NCBI GenBank assembly: GCA_021788015.1
Contig: JAJYLD010000003.1
Span: 33,772-97,771, forward strand
From: a bacterium
GTDB lineage: Bacteria; Patescibacteriota; Patescibacteriia; Patescibacteriales; JAKAJF01
Direction: 5' to 3'
DNA length: 64,000 nucleotides
The notes under the pieces are model-generated. The model worked only from the letters and a program-made list of their open reading frames with translations, was not told the origin of the DNA and did not search any database. The translations under genes were made by a program, and so were the position numbers. The stretch's first letter is position 1. Each line of letters begins with the position of its first letter. This document shows, one piece after another, positions 44,741 to 54,520 of this stretch.

Positions 44741-46606
44741 ATGTGCGGCATTGCCGGAAAATTATATTTTAAAGAAAAAAAAGTCACGCCCGAGGAAATA
44801 AAAAAGATGACCGATGCCATCTCTCATCGCGGTCCCGACGATGAGGGAATTTTTGTTAGGGAAAATGTCGGCCTGGGTCACCGCCGCCTTTCCATAATCG
44901 ATCTTTCTGCGGCCGGGCACCAGCCCATGTCTGATGAAGAAGGAAAAATTTGGATCGTCTTTAACGGCGAAATTTATAATTTCCTGGAACTCCGGGAAAA
45001 GCTCGAAAAAGAAGGAGTAAAATTCCGTTCGAAAACAGATACGGAAATTATTATTCATCTCTACAAAAAATATGGCGTGAAATGTCTTAATTATTTGCGG
45101 GGCATGTTCGCTTTCGCGATTTGGGATGAGTTTAAAAAAGAATTGTTCATCGCCCGCGATCGCCTCGGGAAAAAACCGCTCAAATATTATTTCGATGACC
45201 ATGTTTTTATTTTCGCGTCCGAACTGAAAGCCGTTCTGCCCAATACGGAGGTGAAAAAAGAAATTGATTTTGAAGCGATCGATGAATATTTGACTTACCA
45301 GTATATTCCTCATCCGAAGACCGGTTTTAAAAATATTTGGAAACTCGAGCCGGCTCATTACTTGATTGTAAAAAACGGCCGGGTGATAAAAGAAAAATAT
45401 TGGGATTTGGACTACACGAAAAAATTGGATTATTCGGAAGAGGAATGGGAAGAAATAATTTTAAATAAATTAAAAGAAGCCGTCCGCTTGCGTTTGATTT
45501 CGGACGTGCCTTTGGGCGCGCATCTTTCCGGCGGAATCGATTCGAGCTTGATTGTCGCGCTGATGGCGAAAGAAATGAAAGAGCCGGTCAAAACTTTTTC
45601 CATCGGTTTTAAGGAGGCGGACTATAACGAACTGCCTTTTGCGCGGATGGTTGCGGAAAAATATAAAACCGATCACCATGAATTCATCGTCGAGCCGAAC
45701 GCGATCGAAGTTTTGCCGAAATTGGCTTATCATTACGAAGAGCCATATGCTGACTCGTCCGCTTTGCCAACGTGGTATTTATCCGAACTGACAAGGCAAA
45801 ACGTCACGGTCGCTTTGAACGGCGATGGCGGAGACGAAAATTTCGCGGGCTATGACAGATACGCCGCCCTGAAACTCTTCCATGATTTAAAATTTATTCC
45901 CTCAAAAAAAATATTGAAAGAGATTAACAAAAAATTATACGATCTCACCAAAATCAAACTGTTCAGAAAGGGCTATCGTTTTCTTGATTCTTACGATACC
46001 GATCCCCTTTCTTTTTACCTGAAAATCATCGACCATTTCGGCGCGGAGGACAAAAAATCAATCTACTCGGTCGAATTAGAAGAAAAAGTTAAAAATTCCC
46101 GCTGGAACTCATTTTTAAATTCGAAATTCGAAAACGGAAAAAACTTAAACTGGCTCGATCAAATTTTGTATACGGATATAAATTCCTATCTTCCCGACGA
46201 TCTTCTCGTCAAAGTCGATATCGCCTCCATGGCGCACGCTTTGGAAATCCGCTCGCCTTTTCTCGATCATGAATTTATGGAGCTCACGGCGAAAATTCCG
46301 GACAATCTAAAATTAAACGGTTTCAATAAAAAATACATCTTAAAGAAACTCGCTTACAGATATCTTCCGAAAGAATGCATCGACCGCCCGAAGCAAGGTT
46401 TCGGCGTACCTCTTGAGCATTGGTTCCGCGGCAGCCTTGAATCGTATCTCAATGAACGGCTTTTCGACGAAAAATTTTCCGTTTTCGGATTTAAAAAAGA
46501 TGGCCTGAAAAAAATGATCGATGATCATAAAAATCACCGATCAAATTATGCCAACCAGCTTTGGGATCTATTGATGCTCAGGGAATGGCTCGAGTCATTT
46601 TTCTAA
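44741..46606 (+). CDS. asnB: asparagine synthase (glutamine-hydrolysing) family amidotransferase
   Basis: MCGIAG N-terminal nucleophile, SGGIDSS PP-loop. Confidence 0.9.
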   Translation: MCGIAGKLYFKEKKVTPEEIKKMTDAISHRGPDDEGIFVRENVGLGHRRLSIIDLSAAGHQPMSDEEGKIWIVFNGEIYNFLELREKLEKEGVKFRSKTDTEIIIHLYKKYGVKCLNYLRGMFAFAIWDEFKKELFIARDRLGKKPLKYYFDDHVFIFASELKAVLPNTEVKKEIDFEAIDEYLTYQYIPHPKTGFKNIWKLEPAHYLIVKNGRVIKEKYWDLDYTKKLDYSEEEWEEIILNKLKEAVRLRLISDVPLGAHLSGGIDSSLIVALMAKEMKEPVKTFSIGFKEADYNELPFARMVAEKYKTDHHEFIVEPNAIEVLPKLAYHYEEPYADSSALPTWYLSELTRQNVTVALNGDGGDENFAGYDRYAALKLFHDLKFIPSKKILKEINKKLYDLTKIKLFRKGYRFLDSYDTDPLSFYLKIIDHFGAEDKKSIYSVELEEKVKNSRWNSFLNSKFENGKNLNWLDQILYTDINSYLPDDLLVKVDIASMAHALEIRSPFLDHEFMELTAKIPDNLKLNGFNKKYILKKLAYRYLPKECIDRPKQGFGVPLEHWFRGSLESYLNERLFDEKFSVFGFKKDGLKKMIDDHKNHRSNYANQLWDLLMLREWLESFF

Positions 46607-47722
46607 ATTTAGAATAAGTTTTTTATCATCTTCTATAATCTTCATTATATCATGATTTTCCTTCGCGTAAGCGTACGCCTTTTCCGCCATCACATGCAAA
46701 AGTTCTTTGTCACCCAAAATTTCTTTAAGATCATTTTTTAATTTTTCAAAATCGCCGTTCGCGCACCTGCCGATTCCGTACTTTTCAAGCATGCCGTTCG
46801 GGTTGACATTCAAACTCAAAACTGGCGTTTTGCCTTTTAGGGCCTGGATAAACGTATTCGGGAAACCTTCCGATTTTGAAGTGTTAACATAAATTTTCGC
46901 GTTTAAAAAATAACTGTCGAATTTGTCCGATGGCAAAAATTCGATAAATTCCAAATTGGGTAACCCCATCGCCTTGCCTTTAATTTCATTAAAAAATTTA
47001 AAATCATTTGTGGGTGGGCAAATCATGACAAATTTCTCTCCGGGGAAAAATTTTACAAGCTCAATAAATAAAAACGGTTGCTTCCAGTCTTCTCCTCGGG
47101 CCACCCATAAGATAAAATCCTTGTTTAAAGGAATGGATTCGGGAATATAATGAGCGGATTGCCTGATAATTCCGTCTTTTCCATAAACTTCCTTTAATAC
47201 TTCTTTTTGCGACTCGTGCTGAACTATAATTAAATCGGCGATTTTTAAACCCAATTTAAATAATCTCCATCTAACAAATCCGACTAATCCTCCCTGCATC
47301 CAACTTGGTTTTGTTCCGATTACATCTTCGTCGTGCGCCGTCATGTAGATAAATTTCTTGTGATTAAGTTTACAAAATAAAGCGACCTCACCCGTTTCAA
47401 GGCCGGCCGTTCTTTGAATATAAATATCGGCGTTTATTTTTTTGACCTGTCTCCATAATTTGACAAAACCCAAAACAGCTCGAAGATATTTTAAATTTTT
47501 TTTGGGGTTAAAAAATTTGTATAACTTAATACCCTTTCTAATTTCGAAATCTGGTTGGCCGAAATCGCCGACAATAAATTCGATTTCAAATCTTCTATCC
47601 TTCGCTAATTCAACGGCCATGTTATGTAATTGCAGCTCGGCTCCTCCCGCTCTCGATAAAGAGGCGGGGTTAAAATACTGATAAGCATACAAAGATACGA
47701 TGCAAATTTTAATGGTTTTCAT
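46595..47722 (-). CDS. glycosyltransferase family 1 (GT4-type)
   Basis: C-terminal EGFPNTFIQALKGKTPVL (E-x7-E-like) motif; start trimmed to MKTIKICIV. Confidence 0.82.
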   Translation of the reverse strand: MKTIKICIVSLYAYQYFNPASLSRAGGAELQLHNMAVELAKDRRFEIEFIVGDFGQPDFEIRKGIKLYKFFNPKKNLKYLRAVLGFVKLWRQVKKINADIYIQRTAGLETGEVALFCKLNHKKFIYMTAHDEDVIGTKPSWMQGGLVGFVRWRLFKLGLKIADLIIVQHESQKEVLKEVYGKDGIIRQSAHYIPESIPLNKDFILWVARGEDWKQPFLFIELVKFFPGEKFVMICPPTNDFKFFNEIKGKAMGLPNLEFIEFLPSDKFDSYFLNAKIYVNTSKSEGFPNTFIQALKGKTPVLSLNVNPNGMLEKYGIGRCANGDFEKLKNDLKEILGDKELLHVMAEKAYAYAKENHDIMKIIEDDKKLILNLEK

Positions 47723-48587
47723 TTTTTTTAAAAACAAATTCATTACAACCAGTCTGATCAAATGAGAATCTGTTAAAAATCTTCTTTGGAATCGAAATTA
47801 ATTTTGTCGGATTGCTTACAAGAGAAAAATTTAATTTTTCAACAAATGAATTTATTTCTTCAACGGTTGCGAATTCATACGGGTACCCGCCAAGCCAATC
47901 GATCACATCGTAAAAGATGCTCATTCCCCTTTCTCTGCCTAAAATATCCTTTAATCTAAAAGGTCTCGGCTTTCCGATAAGGGCTGATTTGCAATAAGAT
48001 CCGAATCTCCTGAACATTACATAACCAAAATAAAAATAGATTAAGAATAGTTTTATCCATTTTGGAGAATTATTGTAAAATCTTTTCATCTTCAGCCAAA
48101 ATTCGGAAGAAGCGGTCTTGTTATAAATTGCGATTATAAATTTTCCTCCTGGTTTTACCAATTTGGCGGCATTTTCTATCGCTTTCCACATATTGCCGGT
48201 GTGATGCAAAACGCCCCAGCTATAAACAACGTCTCCTTGACTTTCAAATCGCTTAACCAAATTTTCATCAAGTATGCTGCCTTCGAAAATTTCCCAATTT
48301 TCAAGATTTTCTTTGGCGAATTTTTCTTTTGTCAATTTGGTTGCGTTTATACTATGAGGATCGACATCAAAACTAATAACTTTAGCGCATCCCAACCTAA
48401 GGGCGCTTAAGGAAAAAATTCCACTCCCACAGCCGATGTCGATAAAAGTTTTTCCTTTATACTCCTCTTCGGGCATGTATTTAGAAAAAGATTTTTTTGA
48501 TATTTCAATTTTCTCTTCGTCTAAAAAATTCTTAACGTATTCAGTCCAATTTCTGCCAAAAGAAAAGTATGGTGTTTTATTTTTCAT
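47709..48587 (-). CDS. class I SAM-dependent methyltransferase
   Basis: motif I FIDIGCGSGIFS. Confidence 0.8.
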   Translation of the reverse strand: MKNKTPYFSFGRNWTEYVKNFLDEEKIEISKKSFSKYMPEEEYKGKTFIDIGCGSGIFSLSALRLGCAKVISFDVDPHSINATKLTKEKFAKENLENWEIFEGSILDENLVKRFESQGDVVYSWGVLHHTGNMWKAIENAAKLVKPGGKFIIAIYNKTASSEFWLKMKRFYNNSPKWIKLFLIYFYFGYVMFRRFGSYCKSALIGKPRPFRLKDILGRERGMSIFYDVIDWLGGYPYEFATVEEINSFVEKLNFSLVSNPTKLISIPKKIFNRFSFDQTGCNEFVFKKNENH

Positions 48588-49702
48588 AATTTTTGGAAAA
48601 TCATTTTATAATTAAAAATAGTTTTTTCTATATTAAAATTATTCCGCGCGAATCCGTAAGCTCTGGCTGATATTTCTTCCCATAATTTTTTATCTTCCAA
48701 CAATAATTTTGTTTTCTCGACCAGTTGATTAAAATTCCCCTTAACGAAAAATCCTAACTTATTATTTTCTATTATATTATCCGGATCTGCCAAAAAAGAT
48801 AAAACGGGAGTTCCTGATTTCATTGCATCAATTAAGACATTAGGTAGTCCTTCTCTTTCCGAAGTAAGAACGAATATTTTTGCTTTTTGAAAATATTCCT
48901 CTTCTATTTTATCTCTCGGCACCCCGGGAATCAATCGCACATTTTTTAACGCGGAAATTTCGTTGTCAATTTTTTGAGCCAGATCTTTATATTCGTTATC
49001 TTTTTGCCCGATCATGACAAATTTTTCATCTGGAAATTTTTTTGCAAGGTTAATTAAAACTTCCGGCTTTTTATAATCAACCATTCGGCTCACCCATAAA
49101 ATAAATTCTCTTTCTTTTTTTTCGAAAGGCATTATGGGATGTGAATTATAAATTACTTCGGAGTTTAAATTATAATTTCTTTTTAAAAGTTCTTGTTGGA
49201 TTTTTGTTTGGGCGATTAGCTTGCTGTTTTTAAAAACCAGAACAACCAAGGGAGCCAACCACTTTTTCCCTCCGAGCATCTTATCTTTTAAATCTTCGAA
49301 ATTTGTTTCCCATTCATGTTGTAATTTAAAAATAAATTTCTTCCTGAAAATCTTTGCCGCAAAAAAACATAAAACCGATTCAAGCGAAGATCCCTTTGAG
49401 AAATAAATATCCGCTTTAATTTTTGCGTGAACCGAAATTATGCGCCATAAATATCGTAAATAATTTCCCCTCCTTATCTTAGGAAAGTAATTTTCAATGA
49501 TAACCAAATTTATTTTTTCAATTTTTCTTTTTTCATTTTTTTCTCCCAAAACAGAAAAGTAAACTTCAAAATTTTCATCTTTGCTTAATTCTTGAGCGAT
49601 ATGCCACATATCAAGCTCGCCTCCTCCAAAACCGGTTTCCTTGCTCTCGATAAGGGGCAAAGCATTTGGTGAAAAAAAACAAATTTTAAGTTTTCTCTGC
49701 AT
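48584..49702 (-). CDS. glycosyltransferase family 1
   Basis: EREGLPNVLIDAMKSGTPVL motif. Confidence 0.82.
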   Translation of the reverse strand: MQRKLKICFFSPNALPLIESKETGFGGGELDMWHIAQELSKDENFEVYFSVLGEKNEKRKIEKINLVIIENYFPKIRRGNYLRYLWRIISVHAKIKADIYFSKGSSLESVLCFFAAKIFRKKFIFKLQHEWETNFEDLKDKMLGGKKWLAPLVVLVFKNSKLIAQTKIQQELLKRNYNLNSEVIYNSHPIMPFEKKEREFILWVSRMVDYKKPEVLINLAKKFPDEKFVMIGQKDNEYKDLAQKIDNEISALKNVRLIPGVPRDKIEEEYFQKAKIFVLTSEREGLPNVLIDAMKSGTPVLSFLADPDNIIENNKLGFFVKGNFNQLVEKTKLLLEDKKLWEEISARAYGFARNNFNIEKTIFNYKMIFQKL

Positions 49703-49708
49703 AAAACG

Positions 49709-50473
49709 CTAAATTTTCTTTAAAATTAAAAAAATATATGGGCTAAAAATTTTAGATTCCCTTTGAATATTTAATTTTCTTAAAAATTTATCAACTACGG
49801 TTTGAAAAAAATTTACAGTTTTGTGAAGCCGGATTTTATGTTTCGCGATTCCCAAGAGAAAAAGATTAAAGACGCCAAAATAATTACAATAGATGGTCTC
49901 AAAACCGGCTGTTTTTATTTTTTCAAAATCTTTTTTTGTTATAATAACATGCTCTTTCAGCAACTCTTTATTGATTAAAAATTGCAGAAATCTATAAAAC
50001 GGACTTGATAAATTGGGAACCCCGATTATTAAATATCCTCTCTCGTTGAGCAAATCAAAATGCTTTTGGATAATTTCCTTGGGCGGATCGAAATGTTCTA
50101 TTAAACCTATAGAAAAAACCATGTCGTATTTTTTTCCCGATTGAAAATTCAAAACATCTCCCTCAAAAACATTCGCGGGCGTATTCAATAATCTCATGTT
50201 TTCCCTTGTCGCCTCCACTCCTATTTTTGAATAATCGATTCCGCTCACTTTGTAACCGAATTCATCGTGAAAATAATGCATCCATCTTCCCGGCGCGCAA
50301 CCCAATTCCAAAAATTCAAAATTATTATCCTCCGGCAAATATTTATGAAAAAATTTATCCATTACCTCGACATAATAAGGATTATAGTCGGTTTTAAAAA
50401 CCTGCGGCAAAGAATGCGATTCCCAAACATCGCTCCAAGTTTTCTCTTCTGTCAGCTTTTTACTTTCAGACAT
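49709..50473 (-). CDS. SAM-dependent methyltransferase
   Basis: motif I FLELGCAPGRW. Confidence 0.78.
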   Translation of the reverse strand: MSESKKLTEEKTWSDVWESHSLPQVFKTDYNPYYVEVMDKFFHKYLPEDNNFEFLELGCAPGRWMHYFHDEFGYKVSGIDYSKIGVEATRENMRLLNTPANVFEGDVLNFQSGKKYDMVFSIGLIEHFDPPKEIIQKHFDLLNERGYLIIGVPNLSSPFYRFLQFLINKELLKEHVIITKKDFEKIKTAGFETIYCNYFGVFNLFLLGIAKHKIRLHKTVNFFQTVVDKFLRKLNIQRESKIFSPYIFLILKKI

Positions 50474-50483
50474 GTGATATATA

Positions 50484-51050
50484 TTATTTTATAACGGCCA
50501 ATTTCACATCCAGATCCCAGGCGGGATACAAATAACTTAAAAAGGTGGATTCATAAAAATGTGGATGTTTATTTGCAAGTTTAGCAATGATTGATTTTAT
50601 AAAAAATTCAAGAAAGTGGCGCGTTTTTCCTTTCCAGTTTAAAGACTTGTAATTCGACTCATTAAAAGTATATTTTTTATTTATCAATTTAAAATTATTT
50701 TGAAAATTATAATGAGGAACTTTATCGCTACGGGAGAAGTAATTGAAAGTCAAATAAGTAAAAAATCTTACATGCGTCGGATCGCGGAACGCTCTTTCGC
50801 TTCGGAAATAAGGAACCAGTATTCTAACTTTTGCACCTGGCTTGCAAACCCTCCAAAATTCCGCCATCAACTCCGGAAAATTATGAATATGTTCGAGAGT
50901 GTGCGAACAAAATATCTCTTCGACGGAATTGTCTTCGAAGGGTAATTTTTTTTCCAAATCGCAAACATAATCGACGCCTTCGAGAGGCAAAATGTCCACG
51001 CCTTTAAAACCTTCTTTTTTGCGCGTACCGCAACCTATGTCCAATTTCAT
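50484..51050 (-). CDS. SAM-dependent methyltransferase (type 11-like)
   Basis: MKLDIGCGTRKKEGFKGVD, HTLEHI. Confidence 0.78.
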   Translation of the reverse strand: MKLDIGCGTRKKEGFKGVDILPLEGVDYVCDLEKKLPFEDNSVEEIFCSHTLEHIHNFPELMAEFWRVCKPGAKVRILVPYFRSERAFRDPTHVRFFTYLTFNYFSRSDKVPHYNFQNNFKLINKKYTFNESNYKSLNWKGKTRHFLEFFIKSIIAKLANKHPHFYESTFLSYLYPAWDLDVKLAVIK

Positions 51051-52348
51051 ACGGCTGTTTTAATCAATTTAAATAAAATTTTAACGGCAATATAAAATAA
51101 AATTGTTGAAGTTATGATTGTTCCCAGAATCGCGCCGGCAATGCCCATTCTCGGAATTAAAAGCCAATTCAAAAAAATGTTAAGCAACGGTCCCGTCGGC
51201 GTAAGATAAATAAACCCCAACTTTACCGCCCTAATTCCCATAGAAGCATTTATGTTCCCCAAAATCATTAAGAAAAAATAAAGCGTTATGCTTAAAGCCA
51301 TGAGGACGGCCACGCGCCAATCGAAAGCGAATGCTTTGCCATAAAATTTAAAAAGAATCCAGATCAGAAAAAAATTGCCCGCGAAAATAACGAGCCCGGC
51401 TTTTTCCCCGAAAGTAATGACTTTATCATACAACGCTTTTATGTCATTATGTCCCGACGCCATGGGCAGAAAAACCTGCGAAACCGTGTTTAAAACCTTG
51501 CCTGTGAAAATATTGAATGACATGTAGTAGGCCGAATACAAACCGACCGCCGCCGCCCCGAGATAATAATTGATCATCAAATTATCGAGATTGCCGAGAC
51601 TGAAAAAACCGGCGAATACGCTAAGCATGCTGAATGTTCCGTAATTAAAAACTTCCTTGAAAACTTTGCGGTCGAATTTGAACAAAGCGCTTCGAAAAAA
51701 GACAATGCCGATCGCGATAACGAAAAAAAGCCGCAGCATGTTTCCCCAAAAAAGACTTTCAAAACTGAAATTACGCAGGACAAAAAGATAATAGATGACG
51801 GCGAGGACAAAAACAAAAGCGGAAGCGAGCCAGAAATACGACAAATTTTTAAATTTTTCCAAACCCTGAAAAAAGGACTGGAAAAGATAAAAAAAAGCGG
51901 TGACAAGGGAATAAACAATGGCCAGGTTGTAAAGATCGGAACTTATTTTAAAATACGGGGCGATGAATGGCCTAAAGAAAAAAAACAAAACGGAAAAAAC
52001 AAAACCCAGGAAAATTACGGACCGGAACGCCGAACCGATAATCGCGTCTTTTTTTTCTCTTTCCGCGCCGAGATACCTTAAAGCGCTTGTCGAAAATCCC
52101 CAAAGGACCGGAATGGCGAGAAATTCGCCAGCGCTCACGATCAAATTGAATTTTCCGTATTCGACCGGGCCGATATAGCGGATGACCAGAATATTGAATC
52201 CGAAAGTGATGAAAGTCGCCGAACCGATACCGAAAAAAGCGTAAAGCAAATTTTTAAAAAACTTTTTCGAAAACTCGCCCGGAGTGTGCCCGAAAATTTT
52301 TTCATAGAGTTTCCCGAATCCTCTTTTTAATTTTTCCGTTTTAAACAT
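51047..52348 (-). CDS. polysaccharide flippase (Wzx/MOP family)
   Basis: 433 aa, about 12 TM helices, inside glycan locus. Confidence 0.75.
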   Translation of the reverse strand: MFKTEKLKRGFGKLYEKIFGHTPGEFSKKFFKNLLYAFFGIGSATFITFGFNILVIRYIGPVEYGKFNLIVSAGEFLAIPVLWGFSTSALRYLGAEREKKDAIIGSAFRSVIFLGFVFSVLFFFFRPFIAPYFKISSDLYNLAIVYSLVTAFFYLFQSFFQGLEKFKNLSYFWLASAFVFVLAVIYYLFVLRNFSFESLFWGNMLRLFFVIAIGIVFFRSALFKFDRKVFKEVFNYGTFSMLSVFAGFFSLGNLDNLMINYYLGAAAVGLYSAYYMSFNIFTGKVLNTVSQVFLPMASGHNDIKALYDKVITFGEKAGLVIFAGNFFLIWILFKFYGKAFAFDWRVAVLMALSITLYFFLMILGNINASMGIRAVKLGFIYLTPTGPLLNIFLNWLLIPRMGIAGAILGTIITSTILFYIAVKILFKLIKTAV

Positions 52349-52772
52349 ACGTTTCCGCTTTTTTGAAAACGATTAATTTATAACTGAAATAGCTTAAGAC
52401 CGCGATAATTCCGGAAACGACTATCTGGGCGACAAGATAATACAACCCGATTTTCTCGACGAAAAAAAACATGCCGAAGGAATTCAACCCTAAACTTACC
52501 AGATTGACGAAAAAAAATAAGATAAACTGGCGATGCGCTTTGTCTTTTTGCTCGAATCGAAAAACAAAAAATTTCTGTAAAGTAAAATTAACGATGATGC
52601 CGAGCGCGTAGCCCAGGGCGGACGATAAAACATACCAGAGTTTAAAAAATTCGGTAAAAACGTAAAGCAGTGAGAAAGTCACAAGAAAAGCTATTCCGCC
52701 CGAAAAAAGGAAAGGTATGAAATTTTTATGTTCCTTCGCAAAGCTTAAAAATTTGTTGGTTCTTTCGTCCAT
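52341..52772 (-). CDS. GtrA family membrane protein
   Basis: four TM, size and pattern typical of GtrA-like proteins. Confidence 0.75.
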   Translation of the reverse strand: MDERTNKFLSFAKEHKNFIPFLFSGGIAFLVTFSLLYVFTEFFKLWYVLSSALGYALGIIVNFTLQKFFVFRFEQKDKAHRQFILFFFVNLVSLGLNSFGMFFFVEKIGLYYLVAQIVVSGIIAVLSYFSYKLIVFKKAETYV

Positions 52773-53680
52773 GCGATTGTTTTTTTAATCCCCTCTTCGA
52801 GAGAAAATTCGGGCTTCCAATTCAGGATTTCCTTCGCCTTCCTTGCGTCAAGAACGCTCCTCAGGACTTCGCCCGGGCGCTCCGGCGCGAAATCGTAATC
52901 GAATTTTTCTCCGGTCGCTTTTTCAATGTCGCTTATGATATCAAGGACGCTCACTTCCTTGCCAAGGCCGATGTTCAAAGTTCCGTTATAGCCGCCTTTC
53001 ATGGCTCCGAGACAGGCGTTTATAACGTCGCCGACATACACGTAATCTCTCGTCTGCTTGCCGTCGCCGTAAACGACGCTTTGTTTGCCGTTTAAAAAAT
53101 TATGCAAAAAGATGGTAATTACTCCGCATTCGCCGCCCCTATATTGTCTTGGACCGTAGATATTGGCCAGGCGCAGGACCGTGTAGTCGAGTCCATGGAT
53201 ATTATGAAACATTTCGAGATATTTTTCGGCCGCGAATTTATGGATGGCATAAGGCGACATGGGTTTTATCAAGGTATCTTCCGTCGCCGGCCCGTCCACG
53301 CTTCCGTAGATAGCGCCGCCGGTCGAGACGAAAATAACTTTTTTTACTTTCGTATCCGCGCTCGCTTTAAAAATATTGTAACTGCCGACGGCGTTCACTT
53401 TATTATCAAACATCGGGTCTTCGACGGATTTGATGACATCGATTTGCGCGGCCAGATGAAAAACATAATCGAATTTTTCTTTTTCAAAAATTTCTTGCAT
53501 TTTTTCCGCATCGCAAACATCCGCTTCAAAAAACTTCGCCTTTGAATTTATATATTCTCTTTTGCCGGTCGAGAGATTGTCGATGACGACGACATCATGG
53601 CCTTCGTCTATAAGCCTGTCGACAAGATTTGAACCGATAAATCCGGCACCGCCGGTAACAAGTATTTTATTTCTTTTCAT
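52745..53680 (-). CDS. NAD-dependent epimerase/dehydratase (GalE-like)
   Basis: ILVTGGAGFIGSNL Rossmann motif, YAIHK (YxxxK); start trimmed to MKRNKILVTGG. Confidence 0.9.
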   Translation of the reverse strand: MKRNKILVTGGAGFIGSNLVDRLIDEGHDVVVIDNLSTGKREYINSKAKFFEADVCDAEKMQEIFEKEKFDYVFHLAAQIDVIKSVEDPMFDNKVNAVGSYNIFKASADTKVKKVIFVSTGGAIYGSVDGPATEDTLIKPMSPYAIHKFAAEKYLEMFHNIHGLDYTVLRLANIYGPRQYRGGECGVITIFLHNFLNGKQSVVYGDGKQTRDYVYVGDVINACLGAMKGGYNGTLNIGLGKEVSVLDIISDIEKATGEKFDYDFAPERPGEVLRSVLDARKAKEILNWKPEFSLEEGIKKTIAWTKEPTNF

Positions 53681-54015
53681 ATAAATATGATTAAAATTTA
53701 GAACCGACCCGCCCGCCACGCGAGCCCGTGAGTCTGCTTTTTAAATATCTTCGGCCAAAACCGGTTTTAAAATATTTTTCTCTTTTTATTGCCGCTTCTT
53801 TTAAAAGACATGCTTCATAATAAATTAATCTTAACGGTCGGCGATCGCGAGTTGAGGGTACTTTACCTTTATTATGTTTTATAAATCTCGTCTTTAAATC
53901 ATCTGTCCAGCCGACATATAATTTTTTATCGTTTAAACTTTCTAAAACGTAAGTATAAAACATAAGCTCGCGGGCGATGCGGGCGGGTAAATCCGGCACC
54001 GCCGGTAACAAGTAT
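53666..54015 (-). mobile_element. 350-bp insertion carrying GIY-YIG gene, bounded by 28-nt perfect direct repeat
   Basis: taaatccggcaccgccggtaacaagtat at 53638-53665 and 53988-54015; inner imperfect inverted repeats acccgcccgc (53706-) / gcgggcgggt (-53988). Confidence 0.6.
53691..53963 (-). CDS. GIY-YIG nuclease domain protein (short, UPF0213-like)
   Basis: FYTYVLES...KLYVGWTDDLKTRFIKHN ... REKYFK; start trimmed to MFYTYVL. Confidence 0.85.
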   Translation of the reverse strand: MFYTYVLESLNDKKLYVGWTDDLKTRFIKHNKGKVPSTRDRRPLRLIYYEACLLKEAAIKREKYFKTGFGRRYLKSRLTGSRGGRVGSKF

Positions 54016-54125
54016 GTTCATAATTTCTAATTTTTAATTTTGTAATTTTTAAATAATAAACCAAATTTGATTACGACGAATAAACTCAAGTCTCAAAACG
54101 CAAAACTCAAAACCAAAGCTTAAAA

Positions 54126-54413
54126 CTAAAATCTTTTATTCTTAAGGGTAAGAAGGCTGGCGCCTAGCATTTTTGAGAGTTCTTCAAGCTCTTGCAATAA
54201 TTTATTAATTTTAATTTTATCGGTATTTGTCGCGTCTCTTAAAAGCCCAAACCAATATTTGCTTTCATTCGCAGATTTTAATGCTATTTCGTAAAATTTT
54301 ATAAAATCTTTTTTCGATGAAGACGATTTTGCTTCAACGATATTCGCTCCGATTGAGGTTACTGACCTTAACAATTGATCCGCTATTATCCAAAAAATTC
54401 TTTTATTCGGCAA
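54126..54413 (-). CDS. four-helix-bundle protein (23S rRNA intervening-sequence protein family), N-terminus apparently frameshifted
   Basis: QLLRSVTSIGANIVEAKSSSSKKDFIKFYEIALKSANESKYW; family-like N-terminal 28 codons lie in another frame at 54403-54489. Confidence 0.75.
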   Translation of the reverse strand: MPNKRIFWIIADQLLRSVTSIGANIVEAKSSSSKKDFIKFYEIALKSANESKYWFGLLRDATNTDKIKINKLLQELEELSKMLGASLLTLKNKRF

Positions 54414-54520
54414 CGATTATCGAAAAATAATAGGCTCTTATTCTTATGTCAGTTTTGGGGTTTTGCGTTGCAGCTTTGAGATTTGACATTTGCGTTTTGA
54501 GATATGTTATTTTTTTATTT

